DNA of 64,000 nt from an uncultured delta proteobacterium (GTDB taxonomy: Bacteria; Desulfobacterota; Binatia; UBA9968). Positions 21,735 to 30,176 of the stretch are shown piece after piece; within the stretch, counting starts at the first letter, position 1; every line of letters begins with the position of its first letter. A program made the translations under genes and the position numbers. The stretch covers positions 854,926 through 918,925 of the forward strand of contig CAVUZH010000013.1 in NCBI GenBank assembly GCA_963745835.1, read 5' to 3'. The notes under the pieces are model-generated. The model was not told the DNA's origin, ran no database searches, and saw only the letters and a list, made by a program, of their open reading frames with translations.

Positions 21735-22190
21735 TCATTGGTTTTCAGGTTCCTGAACGCAATCAGGCGCACGGCTCTCGAGGATCAAACTACCCAGAGT
21801 ACAGCGGATCGAGGTAAAGTTGAGCCGCACCGGCCAACCGTTATCGGCAAGAAGGGCATCAACATCAAACACGAGCATCCCGTTTCGATTTACGATATTC
21901 GTTCCAGAAGTAATACGATTCAGAAGATACTTTTTTAAGAAGCCTATACTTATAAATCCTGCTCTCACTCGCTCAATGCGCGCGCCGAGCTTGCCTTCGG
22001 AAACTGATAATTGCCAGAGCATCTGGAAGGGAATCCAGATAAATTGTTGATAAATCCCCGTGACCCGAACGCCTTCCGGCGTGACAGCGAGATCAACATC
22101 ACGGATAGCGTCGGGCCAGAGGAAAATTCGAGATGCCAGTTGGTTTAGGTCCGCGTCGCTCACGATAAGCTTCAATAACTGTATCTCCAT
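21735..22190 (-). CDS. hypothetical protein
   Basis: 151-aa ATG ORF in an otherwise intergenic gap; no recognised motif. Confidence 0.55.
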   Translation of the reverse strand: MEIQLLKLIVSDADLNQLASRIFLWPDAIRDVDLAVTPEGVRVTGIYQQFIWIPFQMLWQLSVSEGKLGARIERVRAGFISIGFLKKYLLNRITSGTNIVNRNGMLVFDVDALLADNGWPVRLNFTSIRCTLGSLILESRAPDCVQEPENQ

Positions 22191-22491
22191 GGCGCTAAAC
22201 TAGCAGGCGCGGTCGCAATACTACACAGATCTGATTGCATCTCGGTTCGCGGGAGATGGAAGCGCCGAGAACGGTCAGAAGAGACCTAGCGTAAACCGGC
22301 TTATTTCTGATCGTGTTTTCACCAACGGCTGCTCGCCATCCAAGGAGTCTGACGGACCGCAAATCAAAGCACCCATGAAAGCTAGTTCATCAGATTCGAA
22401 ATGAATCAGCTGCAGCCGAACCGAAAACCAGTGATGTCTTTTAACTGAAACACAATAAACGAAAGGTTATTGATTCCCCTGTAAAATCTTC

Positions 22492-22507
22492 GGGCACCGC
22501 ATTTGCG
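22492..22507 (+). promoter_or_regulatory. sigma54-like -24/-12 promoter
   Basis: GGGCAC-CGCAT-TTGCG (GG-N10-GC), 13 nt before ATG 22521. Confidence 0.45.
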
Positions 22508-22520
22508 TCCGCGATTCCGG

Positions 22521-23117
22521 ATGGCTGCGGAAGTAAAAGTCTCTTACAAATCATGGGCGGCGTTTGCGCTGTCGGCTGTTTTCTTATCAGCTTTCGCCTT
22601 TGTCGTTACACAGCAAACCCGCAACCCACCGGCAATTGAAGAAGCAAAGACCACGGCTCCTGCCAAACCGTCGGATGAGACTCCTGAGGTTGCGGGCCAG
22701 GGCAAGGACGTGGCGCCGCAAATTTGGGAACCTGCGCCTAGAACCGACGAAGCTCCCGAGTCCACTGTGAAAGAATTGGTGCAGGCATGGAATAAGGGCG
22801 ATCCCAACAAGATCGCTGAACTGTTTTTGCCCGATGGTGTGCTGTTTCTTCCCACCGGCGCGGAAATCAAATCTCGTGAGGAAATCAAGAACACGATAGC
22901 CAAACACCACGACGGGATGCTGAAAGAGACAAAACTAACTAATAGGATCGAGGGGGTTTCTACCGATGGCGAGAAGGCGATCGTTAAAGGCAACTACCAA
23001 TTAGACGGCATAAAGGTACTGGGGTTTAGCACGAGTGCAACGGGCAGCTATGAATTTCACGGAACCAAACGAGATGGTCGCTGGCTGATTGCCAAAGCTG
23101 AAGTGACTTGGGAGTGA
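22521..23117 (+). CDS. membrane-anchored NTF2/SnoaL-like (DUF4440/SgcJ-like) protein
   Basis: N-terminal TM, P/A/E-rich linker, AWNKGD..IAELF..DG, KRDGRWLI end. Confidence 0.7.
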   Translation: MAAEVKVSYKSWAAFALSAVFLSAFAFVVTQQTRNPPAIEEAKTTAPAKPSDETPEVAGQGKDVAPQIWEPAPRTDEAPESTVKELVQAWNKGDPNKIAELFLPDGVLFLPTGAEIKSREEIKNTIAKHHDGMLKETKLTNRIEGVSTDGEKAIVKGNYQLDGIKVLGFSTSATGSYEFHGTKRDGRWLIAKAEVTWE

Positions 23118-23201
23118 CGGGGTCGGCCTCACGGAACATTAACGCAGAGCGGAGCAATCGGCTGCTTAACGATTCTTGCTCGATTGCTCCGCTTGGCCCT
23201 G

Positions 23202-23597
23202 TTAACTGACTGGACTGCGCACACTACAATGCTTTCTGTGGTTCTCGAGATCCGAGTGCAAACTAAATTTACTATCGCAGAACTCGCAACTGTAATCACC
23301 CATGGGTTCATTCATGATGCCGCGATCGTACCGGTCGTGGCCTTCCAGTTTAACCATTTTGTTATAGACGCCGAAGATTAACCAGGTGGGCACCCACTGC
23401 GCTATGAAATTACCCCACTTCCCCCGGCCGGTGATCTGACAGAACAAGGAAAGCGCCATGGCTCCAACCGCCACGCCCAGGTAGGCTGAGGAGGGTATAG
23501 CCGCCGTATACGATTCGATATTCTTTGTGACTCGATCTTCACTTTCGATGTTATTCGGTAAACCATTCGTTTGCGTCGGTACATCATACGTTTCCAT
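23202..23597 (-). CDS. small membrane protein with C-terminal C2H2/C2HC-like zinc finger
   Basis: Hydrophobic core ..FIAQWVPTWLIFGVYNKMVK; tail YSCEFCDSKFSLHSDLENHRKHC; GGAGG RBS. Confidence 0.7.
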   Translation of the reverse strand: METYDVPTQTNGLPNNIESEDRVTKNIESYTAAIPSSAYLGVAVGAMALSLFCQITGRGKWGNFIAQWVPTWLIFGVYNKMVKLEGHDRYDRGIMNEPMGDYSCEFCDSKFSLHSDLENHRKHCSVRSPVS

Positions 23598-23645
23598 TAA
23601 TCATGCCTCCGTTTGCTAATCGCGCATGGTCGTTTTCGGAATACT

Positions 23646-24092
23646 TTAGCCTGCCTTGCGCTCCCGGTTTCCTTTGGCGGCCTCCAGTTCCGCTCCGAGT
23701 TGCTGCAGCTCGGTCGCGCTAAAAAGCTTCCGCACCTTCGGAAACATCTTTCCTTCCTCCTCTTCCTCCGCATGATGCTCGACGTTTTCTTTGAGCACCT
23801 TGAGCTTCGGCTCGAATTTCTCACTATCCTTTGACAGATTATCCATTTCTCGCAGCAGAGTCTTAACTTGTTTATGCTCTTCGATGGATTCGAGAACCAT
23901 GTCTTTGAGCTCTTCGTTTTTCTGCACCGCGGGATAGAACACGTTTTCTTCGATTCGCGCATGAGTTTCTAATTCAGTTTTGATTTTTTCGAAGATGTCG
24001 GTGCGTTCTTTGCCTTGTTCCGCGCTTTCCGCCTTCTCCAGCAGCTCTTTAACTTTCGCGTGATCCTGTTTTAAGAGTTCGAGCGCATCCAT
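23646..24092 (-). CDS. hemerythrin/HHE cation-binding domain protein
   Basis: MDALELLKQDH, HARIEE..FYP, EEH, HHAEEEE..MFP; AGGAGG RBS. Confidence 0.9.
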   Translation of the reverse strand: MDALELLKQDHAKVKELLEKAESAEQGKERTDIFEKIKTELETHARIEENVFYPAVQKNEELKDMVLESIEEHKQVKTLLREMDNLSKDSEKFEPKLKVLKENVEHHAEEEEEGKMFPKVRKLFSATELQQLGAELEAAKGNRERKAG

Positions 24093-24122
24093 TGTTTGTT
24101 CCTCCTTTGCCGTGGGGTTTAA

Positions 24123-24138
24123 CGCAAGAGCAAGGCCA
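24123..24138 (-). promoter_or_regulatory. sigma54-like promoter of hemerythrin operon
   Basis: TGGCCT-TGCTC-TTGCG on minus strand, 30 nt upstream of ATG. Confidence 0.55.
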
Positions 24139-24316
24139 GGCTTCGCCAAGAGCCGGCTGAGATAGACTTGTATGAGATGTGAGACATGCAATACGCGCTT
24201 GTCTCAGAATTGAATGCCATTGTGATGATTGAGGTCATCAGATATTCGTATGCTGCGTCCAAAGAGTTGAAGACGATCACGGAGTGAATAATCCTCCGAC
24301 CGTGAGCGGTAGAACT

Positions 24317-25105
24317 ATGTCGTTCGAATATCTTCCCATCATGGCTCAGGCCGGCGCGCCTAAGCCGCCGCGCGTTCTAGTCCCGCCATCAAAGCAAGCT
24401 TGGTCGCCTGTCACCAAGCCAGTCAACCAATCAACAATTGCTCTTTTGTCCAGCGCAGCCCTGCGGCTGCTAGATCAGGAGCCCTTTGTGCCGCGCGAAG
24501 ACTTGAGCTATCGGCGCATTCCGGCTGATGCCGCTGGCGCGTTTATTATCGATCACCACTCCGGAATCGGCCGGGTACCCAAACAGGATCCCGAAATTGT
24601 TTTTCCACGCACCGCGCTCGCCTCTCTGGCGCAGCACGGCACCATCGGCGAAATTTCGCCGTTTCATTTCTCTTTCATGGGCGGCGTTCGCCGCCCGCAA
24701 GAAATCGAACATGAGCTGGCTACCGCGATTGCAGATGATTTAAAAAAGATGGCGGTGGATCTCGCCTTGCTGGTGCCCTACTGACCATTTTGCCATGAGA
24801 CCGTCGGTCTCATCGCCCACGTTATCGAGGGGCGCGGCATTCCAACCCTGGTAATCGGTACCGCTCTAGACATAATGATCAAGGTGACTCCACCGCGAGC
24901 TGTTTTTGTCGATCATCCGGTAGGCCGGACCTTCGGTCCACCACATGATCGCGATCGCCACGAAGCGGTTCTAAAAACCGCGCTCAATGAGATACCCAAA
25001 TTTACCGAGCCCAACCAGATCCACGATTTACAATGCCGATGGCAAATCGACGGCAGCCGGGCTTGGGAGGCGGAGCTTCGGGCTGAGATGCTGCGCGACC
25101 GTTGA
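24317..25105 (+). CDS. selenoprotein, GrdB/PrdB (glycine/sarcosine/betaine/D-proline reductase selenoprotein B)-like; Sec at TGA 24782-24784
   Basis: ORFs 24284..24784 and 24875..25105 are in one frame separated only by TGA; read-through gives LLVPY-U-PFCHETVGLIAHVIEGRGIPTL..VTPPRAVFVDHPVGRTFG; alternative start GTG 24284. Confidence 0.85.
24785..24813 (+). promoter_or_regulatory. bacterial SECIS element candidate
   Basis: ATGAGACC-GTC-GGTCTCAT perfect 8-bp stem; loop starts GU, 18 nt after UGA. Confidence 0.75.
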
Positions 25106-25162
25106 CAGCGCAGCTTAAACATAATAATTCCCGCAGACTATAATCTCACTAGAGGAGAGTTT

Positions 25163-26185
25163 ATGTTCAAGTTCCTGGGCAAGGGTTTTTCGGCGCTTAT
25201 ACTTAGCTTCCTATTGGCCGTCCCGGCGGGCGCCGCGGCTCCTTATTATGAGGGCAAGGCAATTAGGGTGATCGTGGGTTTTTCCGCTGGCGGTGGTTTC
25301 GACACCTACTCTCGTGTGATTGGACGTCATATCGGCAGACATATACCAGGCAATCCCTCGATTGTAGTCGAGAATATGACGGGAGCCGCCAGTCTGGTGG
25401 CGGCTAATCACGTCTACAAGGTCGCCAAGCCCGACGGATTGACAATTCTAAATTTCCACGGCAACCAAGTGATCAACCAGATCATCGGCAAGCCAGGCAT
25501 AGAGTTTGATGCTCGTAAGTTCGAGTACATTGGTATTCCGACGCAGGACAATGTTGCGTGCGCGTTTACCAAAGCCAGCGGCATCACCTCGGTCGATGCG
25601 CTGAGAAATGCCAAGACGCCGGTCAAAGTCGGCGGCGTAGCACCCGGAGATACGACTTACAATACAGCAAAGCTGTTAATTGCCGCGCTGAAACTGCCGA
25701 TTCAGCTGGTCGCCGGTTACAAAGGCACGGCTGAAGTTCGCCTCGCCGCCGAAGCTGGAGAAGTCGCCGGCGGTTGCTGGCAATGGGAATCAATCAAGTC
25801 TATCTGGCGTCAGGGACTTGATTCGGGCAATGTCTCCGTGGTTTTGCAAGTCAATCCCAAACCCCATCCGGAGTTGCCGAACATAGCCAATGCCATCGAT
25901 TTCGCTCCCAACGAAAATAGCAAGCAGCTTCTGAAATACGGCGGCCATGATCCTGCCGCGATAACCAGACCCTACGCACTCGGGCCGGGAACACCCAAAG
26001 ACCGTGTGCAGGTCTTGCGCAAAGCATTTGTCGATACTCTCAAGGACCCGGAGTTTCTCGCTGACGCAAAAAAATCGAGGCTGGACACTGATCCGCTGAC
26101 CGGCGAGGACATCGAGAAAATCGTCACCGCGCTCTTCAAGATGGACTCCAGCCTGGTAAGCCAATTGAAAGAGATCTTGCAATAA
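25163..26185 (+). CDS. TctC/Bug-family tripartite transporter substrate-binding protein
   Basis: Signal peptide, VGFSAGGGFD..SR, PGNP.IVVENM.GA, KPDGLT, GYKGT. Confidence 0.85.
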   Translation: MFKFLGKGFSALILSFLLAVPAGAAAPYYEGKAIRVIVGFSAGGGFDTYSRVIGRHIGRHIPGNPSIVVENMTGAASLVAANHVYKVAKPDGLTILNFHGNQVINQIIGKPGIEFDARKFEYIGIPTQDNVACAFTKASGITSVDALRNAKTPVKVGGVAPGDTTYNTAKLLIAALKLPIQLVAGYKGTAEVRLAAEAGEVAGGCWQWESIKSIWRQGLDSGNVSVVLQVNPKPHPELPNIANAIDFAPNENSKQLLKYGGHDPAAITRPYALGPGTPKDRVQVLRKAFVDTLKDPEFLADAKKSRLDTDPLTGEDIEKIVTALFKMDSSLVSQLKEILQ

Positions 26186-26214
26186 AGACAACTCGAGGTA
26201 AACGGGGAGGTCTT

Positions 26215-27246
26215 ATGGCTCGAACGCCGATGATGTTGATCATGGGTTTGCTAACCCTTTCGTATTCCAGTTTTACGTATGCTCCCGCGCACGCGCAGGA
26301 TCCGTTCTATAAGGGCAAGACCGTACGAATCATCGTCGGAGCCTCTGCCGGCGGCGGTTACGACACTTACTCCCGCACGATTGCCCGCCATATGGGCAAA
26401 CACATCCCCGGCAATCCCACCTTCGCTGTGGAAAACATGCCAGGAGCCGGATTTCTGATCTCTGCCAACCACATGTACAACGTGGCAAAGCCCGATGGAC
26501 TAACTATCGGTCATTTTATCGGCGGTCTTTTCTTGCAGCAGCTTTTGGGTAAGCCGGGAGTCGAATTCGAGTCGACCAAGTTCCAATTTATCGGCGTGCC
26601 GGCGCAAGACAATTACATGTTAGGTGCGGCAAAGAGCACGGGCGTCACGACCATTGAACAATGGTTGTCTTCCAAGACCCCGGTTAAGCTGGGCGGGGTT
26701 GGCGCAGGTTCGGCGACAGATGACATCCCAAAGGTTTTGGCGGCGACCATCGGCCTACCGATGCAGCTGGTCAGTGGCTATAAAGGAACTGCCGATGTGC
26801 GACTCGCCTTCAACAGCGGCGAGATCACCGGCATCTGCAACTCCTGGGAATCCTTCAAAGCCACCTGGAGTAAGGAGCTTAGTTCAGGCGACGTGACGAT
26901 CGTATTACAAAATATTGCCAAGCCGCACGCGGAACACCCGAAACTGCCCTTGGCCATCGATTTCGCCAAGACCGAGGAAGCAAAAAAACTGATCATCGCT
27001 TTGGTCCACAGTGTCGGGCCGACGGCGCGGCCGTATGTGCTACCTCCTGGGACGCCAAAAGACCGGGTGCAGATCCTGCGCCGCGCCTTCATGGAAACCA
27101 TGAAGGATCCGGAATTTCTGGCAGATGCGACCAAAGCCAAGCTCGACATCAATCCCCTCGATGGCGCTGAACTGGAACGCAATGTCCATGAGGTGTTCAA
27201 CCTGGACAAGTCGCTCATTCCGCGGGCTAAAGAGATTTTGAAGTAG
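26215..27246 (+). CDS. TctC/Bug-family substrate-binding protein (paralogue)
   Basis: VGASAGGGYD..SR, PGNP..VENMPGAG, PPGTPKDRV..LR.AF. Confidence 0.85.
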   Translation: MARTPMMLIMGLLTLSYSSFTYAPAHAQDPFYKGKTVRIIVGASAGGGYDTYSRTIARHMGKHIPGNPTFAVENMPGAGFLISANHMYNVAKPDGLTIGHFIGGLFLQQLLGKPGVEFESTKFQFIGVPAQDNYMLGAAKSTGVTTIEQWLSSKTPVKLGGVGAGSATDDIPKVLAATIGLPMQLVSGYKGTADVRLAFNSGEITGICNSWESFKATWSKELSSGDVTIVLQNIAKPHAEHPKLPLAIDFAKTEEAKKLIIALVHSVGPTARPYVLPPGTPKDRVQILRRAFMETMKDPEFLADATKAKLDINPLDGAELERNVHEVFNLDKSLIPRAKEILK

Positions 27247-27610
27247 GCTGCAACGACTATGTCATCGTGGATGTCAGGTGGCGCTGCGAATCCTAATCAG
27301 ACCCGGCAGAGCTGTTCGTTATGAATCCCGGAATCTAGCGATAGGGCTGTTGTTTTCGGTACTGCCCATCGACTCTGTCGATCCAAAGTATTGGAAACGA
27401 CGGTCGGAGCAAAGTTCACTTGCTAGGCAGCCTGGAATCCTGGCACAAAAAAACGTCCAACCGTCATCTCATCGAGACTTGACAGAAGCTAAATTCACCG
27501 GCTGCCTGTGTGGCTAGACTTCAAAAAATTTTAATGAGCATAAGTTTCAGCGTCCCGCCTAGAACGATGCTGATCGCGGACCAGCCTCATGGACTTAGGC
27601 TTGGTGCAGG

Positions 27611-28045
27611 TTAGAATCCGCAGTCTGCCGAGGATATGTCGATGGTCGCGATGTGTTGCTTGTCTTTGTCGTAATACGCATAACTCAGAGTCACGCCGTG
27701 TTTCAATAAGTCGTCACGAGTCTCAGGGCGATTGCAAACGCCTTGCGTGACCCGCTCTTTCGCCCCGGCGGCGAACTTGGAGGCATTCAACTGCGAAACC
27801 GAATAACTCACCAGCCGGTAGTTATAAGTCAGCATCCCCTCTGTACCGACAGCAGCTAGCAATTCGGTCTCTTTGTCGATCATAACCGGCACACCGCGAT
27901 TAATTTGGTCGGCCAGCCGATTAAGAGAAGACTGGGACCGCGGGTTTTCTCCATCGGAAGGTTTCGGGACTGCCCACCAGATCGCAGCGCCGAACAAGAG
28001 CGCCGCAACAACCAAGGTAAATATTTTCGTCCGTGACATGATCAT
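27611..28045 (-). CDS. exported/membrane-anchored hypothetical protein
   Basis: N-terminal TM, IN..VPVMIDKETEL, two Cys (possible disulfide). Confidence 0.6.
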   Translation of the reverse strand: MIMSRTKIFTLVVAALLFGAAIWWAVPKPSDGENPRSQSSLNRLADQINRGVPVMIDKETELLAAVGTEGMLTYNYRLVSYSVSQLNASKFAAGAKERVTQGVCNRPETRDDLLKHGVTLSYAYYDKDKQHIATIDISSADCGF

Positions 28046-28275
28046 CTGAAATCCAGCTGTACTTTAATCCTGTGACCTTGCTAGATGCGATTCGGTGCTC
28101 GGCAGGCGCCGCAATCCGAAACCCATATACAACCATGGAACGAAAAAAAACAAACATGGGAACACCAGAGGCATCGGGGGGATTGGCGCATGAGCGAAAT
28201 CGCAGGCACCTGAGCAGTGCGATGCCGACTGGAAGGCCGCCCAGTACGTCGTCGCTTTGAGCCGATAATCGGACT

Positions 28276-28311
28276 AAAAAAAACGGGGAACAGCATAAAG
28301 CCATTCCCCGT
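28276..28311 (-). terminator. intrinsic terminator of porin gene
   Basis: Minus strand ACGGGGAA..TTCCCCGT hairpin followed by T-run, 25 nt after stop. Confidence 0.75.
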
Positions 28312-28336
28312 CCCGCACTAGGAGGAGGCAATCGTC

Positions 28337-29554
28337 CTAGAACGTATATATTAGCTGGCCGGCGAGGGTCGTCTGATTTTTATCGGCTGATGATGCGCCC
28401 TTCCTATAGAACGTTTCATCAGACCAATCCTGCCGAACCTCAACTCGGCCCAAGAACATTTTGGTAAATTTGTAAGCACCGGTCAGTGTAACTTCGGCGA
28501 CCGTGTTGTTGGCATGGGTTCCGCTAAAGTTGCCGCCCAAGCGAGCACCATCCCGATCGTTGAAAAACTCGCCTCTCAAGGCCGTCGTTAAACGATCAGT
28601 CCAACCGTATGACGCAATACCGGCAAGGCCTTGCCATACGGCGTCCCTCGTTCCACCTAAGGAGGCATTTTCTTCCCTGCCATAAGTATACTCAAGAATC
28701 AGAGCGACAGGGTCAGCAGGCTTATAAGTGGCTACGTGACTCATGGTAAAACGCTGATCGCCGGTATTGCTGAATTGCTCGGGACCGTAGATCACGTTGC
28801 TGGCTAGCGCGAATTGTTCCGTAGGGGTAAACCCAAGGCCCGCCATAAACGACGGCTGCCGATTGTTGTCATGAGGATTATCCCAACCCGTCACCACTCC
28901 AGCATTAACCGACAATGTTTTCAAAATCGGGTAGCTAAAGAGCGCTCCCACATGGCGCAGCGGGATTGCATAATTGAACAGGAAAGACCTCGAAATATTG
29001 TCGTTGTAAGCTCCAGGATTGGGAAGAATCTCAGTGCCCAGGGTGGTGACGAAAAGTCCTCCTTTGACGCTAATACCTGCGCCGACAGGAATCGTCGTTG
29101 TCAGGTACGCTTCGCGCACTTCAGCCGAAGGCTCATCGTGAAAATTGTGACCCCACAGCGTGGCCTCTCTCAGAAGCTCGCCCCCGCGGCCGAAATCGCC
29201 GGAGAGGCGAAAACCAACGCCCCAATCCTTTTCAGGTTTCTCCACCGCCACATGAAAGTAATTGAAAACGAGTTTGTTGTAATCCTTATCGAAGTATCTG
29301 CCGGAAATGTTTCTCGGGTTCTTCGGGTGATTCGAACTCCACTGGTAACTAGTATCGAGAAACCCGCTGATGCCGATTCCCAAAGCGCCATCTATAGCGG
29401 ATTTGCCATCCGCAATGTTTTTATCGAGCACTCCAACGCTATCGTCCAAGCTCAACCAGCCGGGACCTAAGGGCTTGTCTTGCGCCTGTATCGCCGGCGG
29501 CTCAAAAGCAGCGATAGCCACAGTAAGAATCAGTCCAAGTAAACTTTTCTTCAT
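28337..29554 (-). CDS. outer-membrane beta-barrel porin (BBP2/DUF1597-like)
   Basis: Signal peptide, G.F.T..G.E....N.N.SRS.LF.YAIP..H.G, NGWD-like TGWDN, C-terminal YTF. Confidence 0.8.
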   Translation of the reverse strand: MKKSLLGLILTVAIAAFEPPAIQAQDKPLGPGWLSLDDSVGVLDKNIADGKSAIDGALGIGISGFLDTSYQWSSNHPKNPRNISGRYFDKDYNKLVFNYFHVAVEKPEKDWGVGFRLSGDFGRGGELLREATLWGHNFHDEPSAEVREAYLTTTIPVGAGISVKGGLFVTTLGTEILPNPGAYNDNISRSFLFNYAIPLRHVGALFSYPILKTLSVNAGVVTGWDNPHDNNRQPSFMAGLGFTPTEQFALASNVIYGPEQFSNTGDQRFTMSHVATYKPADPVALILEYTYGREENASLGGTRDAVWQGLAGIASYGWTDRLTTALRGEFFNDRDGARLGGNFSGTHANNTVAEVTLTGAYKFTKMFLGRVEVRQDWSDETFYRKGASSADKNQTTLAGQLIYTF

Positions 29555-29618
29555 CAAGACACTCCTATCTATTACGACACATATTCGAACGTAAGTTACT
29601 CGATCAAGTCCCCGAATG

Positions 29619-29634
29619 AGCAATAAAAATGCCA
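29619..29634 (-). promoter_or_regulatory. sigma54 promoter of porin gene
   Basis: TGGCAT-TTTTA-TTGCT near-consensus. Confidence 0.75.
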
Positions 29635-29692
29635 TTAAGCGGTCACCACTAACTCCATAAAATCAAATGCAACCCTCACTTCTAGCTAGATA

Positions 29693-29732
29693 TGCACAGA
29701 GTTTGTTCAAAGCGATGATTATTTGCTAGGCA
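29693..29732. promoter_or_regulatory. two NtrC-like enhancer sites
   Basis: 17-bp TGCACA-N5-TGTTCA (29693-29709) and TGATTA-N5-TAGGCA (29716-29732), 60-100 bp upstream of sigma54 site. Confidence 0.45.
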
Positions 29733-30176
29733 TTTGCCTGCACATCGAGGCCAGCATCAATCTCAGTAACTCATGCTGACGCGACTTCAAGCAATAATGA
29801 CGTTACCTAGAAATAGAAGACTCGCTTCGTCTTGCACCCTCACGGGACCGCCGAGAACAATTAGCGCCTTAACCTCGTTCTCAACACGCTGTGGGCGTTC
29901 TCTCCATGAAACAAGCGGATAACCCGATAACCTCCGCCTGTCGCTCCAAGATCTCAGCGAGTACACCCAGATCTTCGAAAGGATCGTTTTGGAAACCAAG
30001 ATTTCTTCCATCACACTGAGTTTGAATGATTTGATGCTGGATCTCAGATTACATCCGAGACCTCGAGTAGCATGGGAAAGACCAGCGAAAAATTACTTGA
30101 TCGAACTCGAATCTAAATACTTCAGCAAAACAAGCCGCGCTCCGGAAGATCCTGATGTCGAATCTCACACGAGCTC

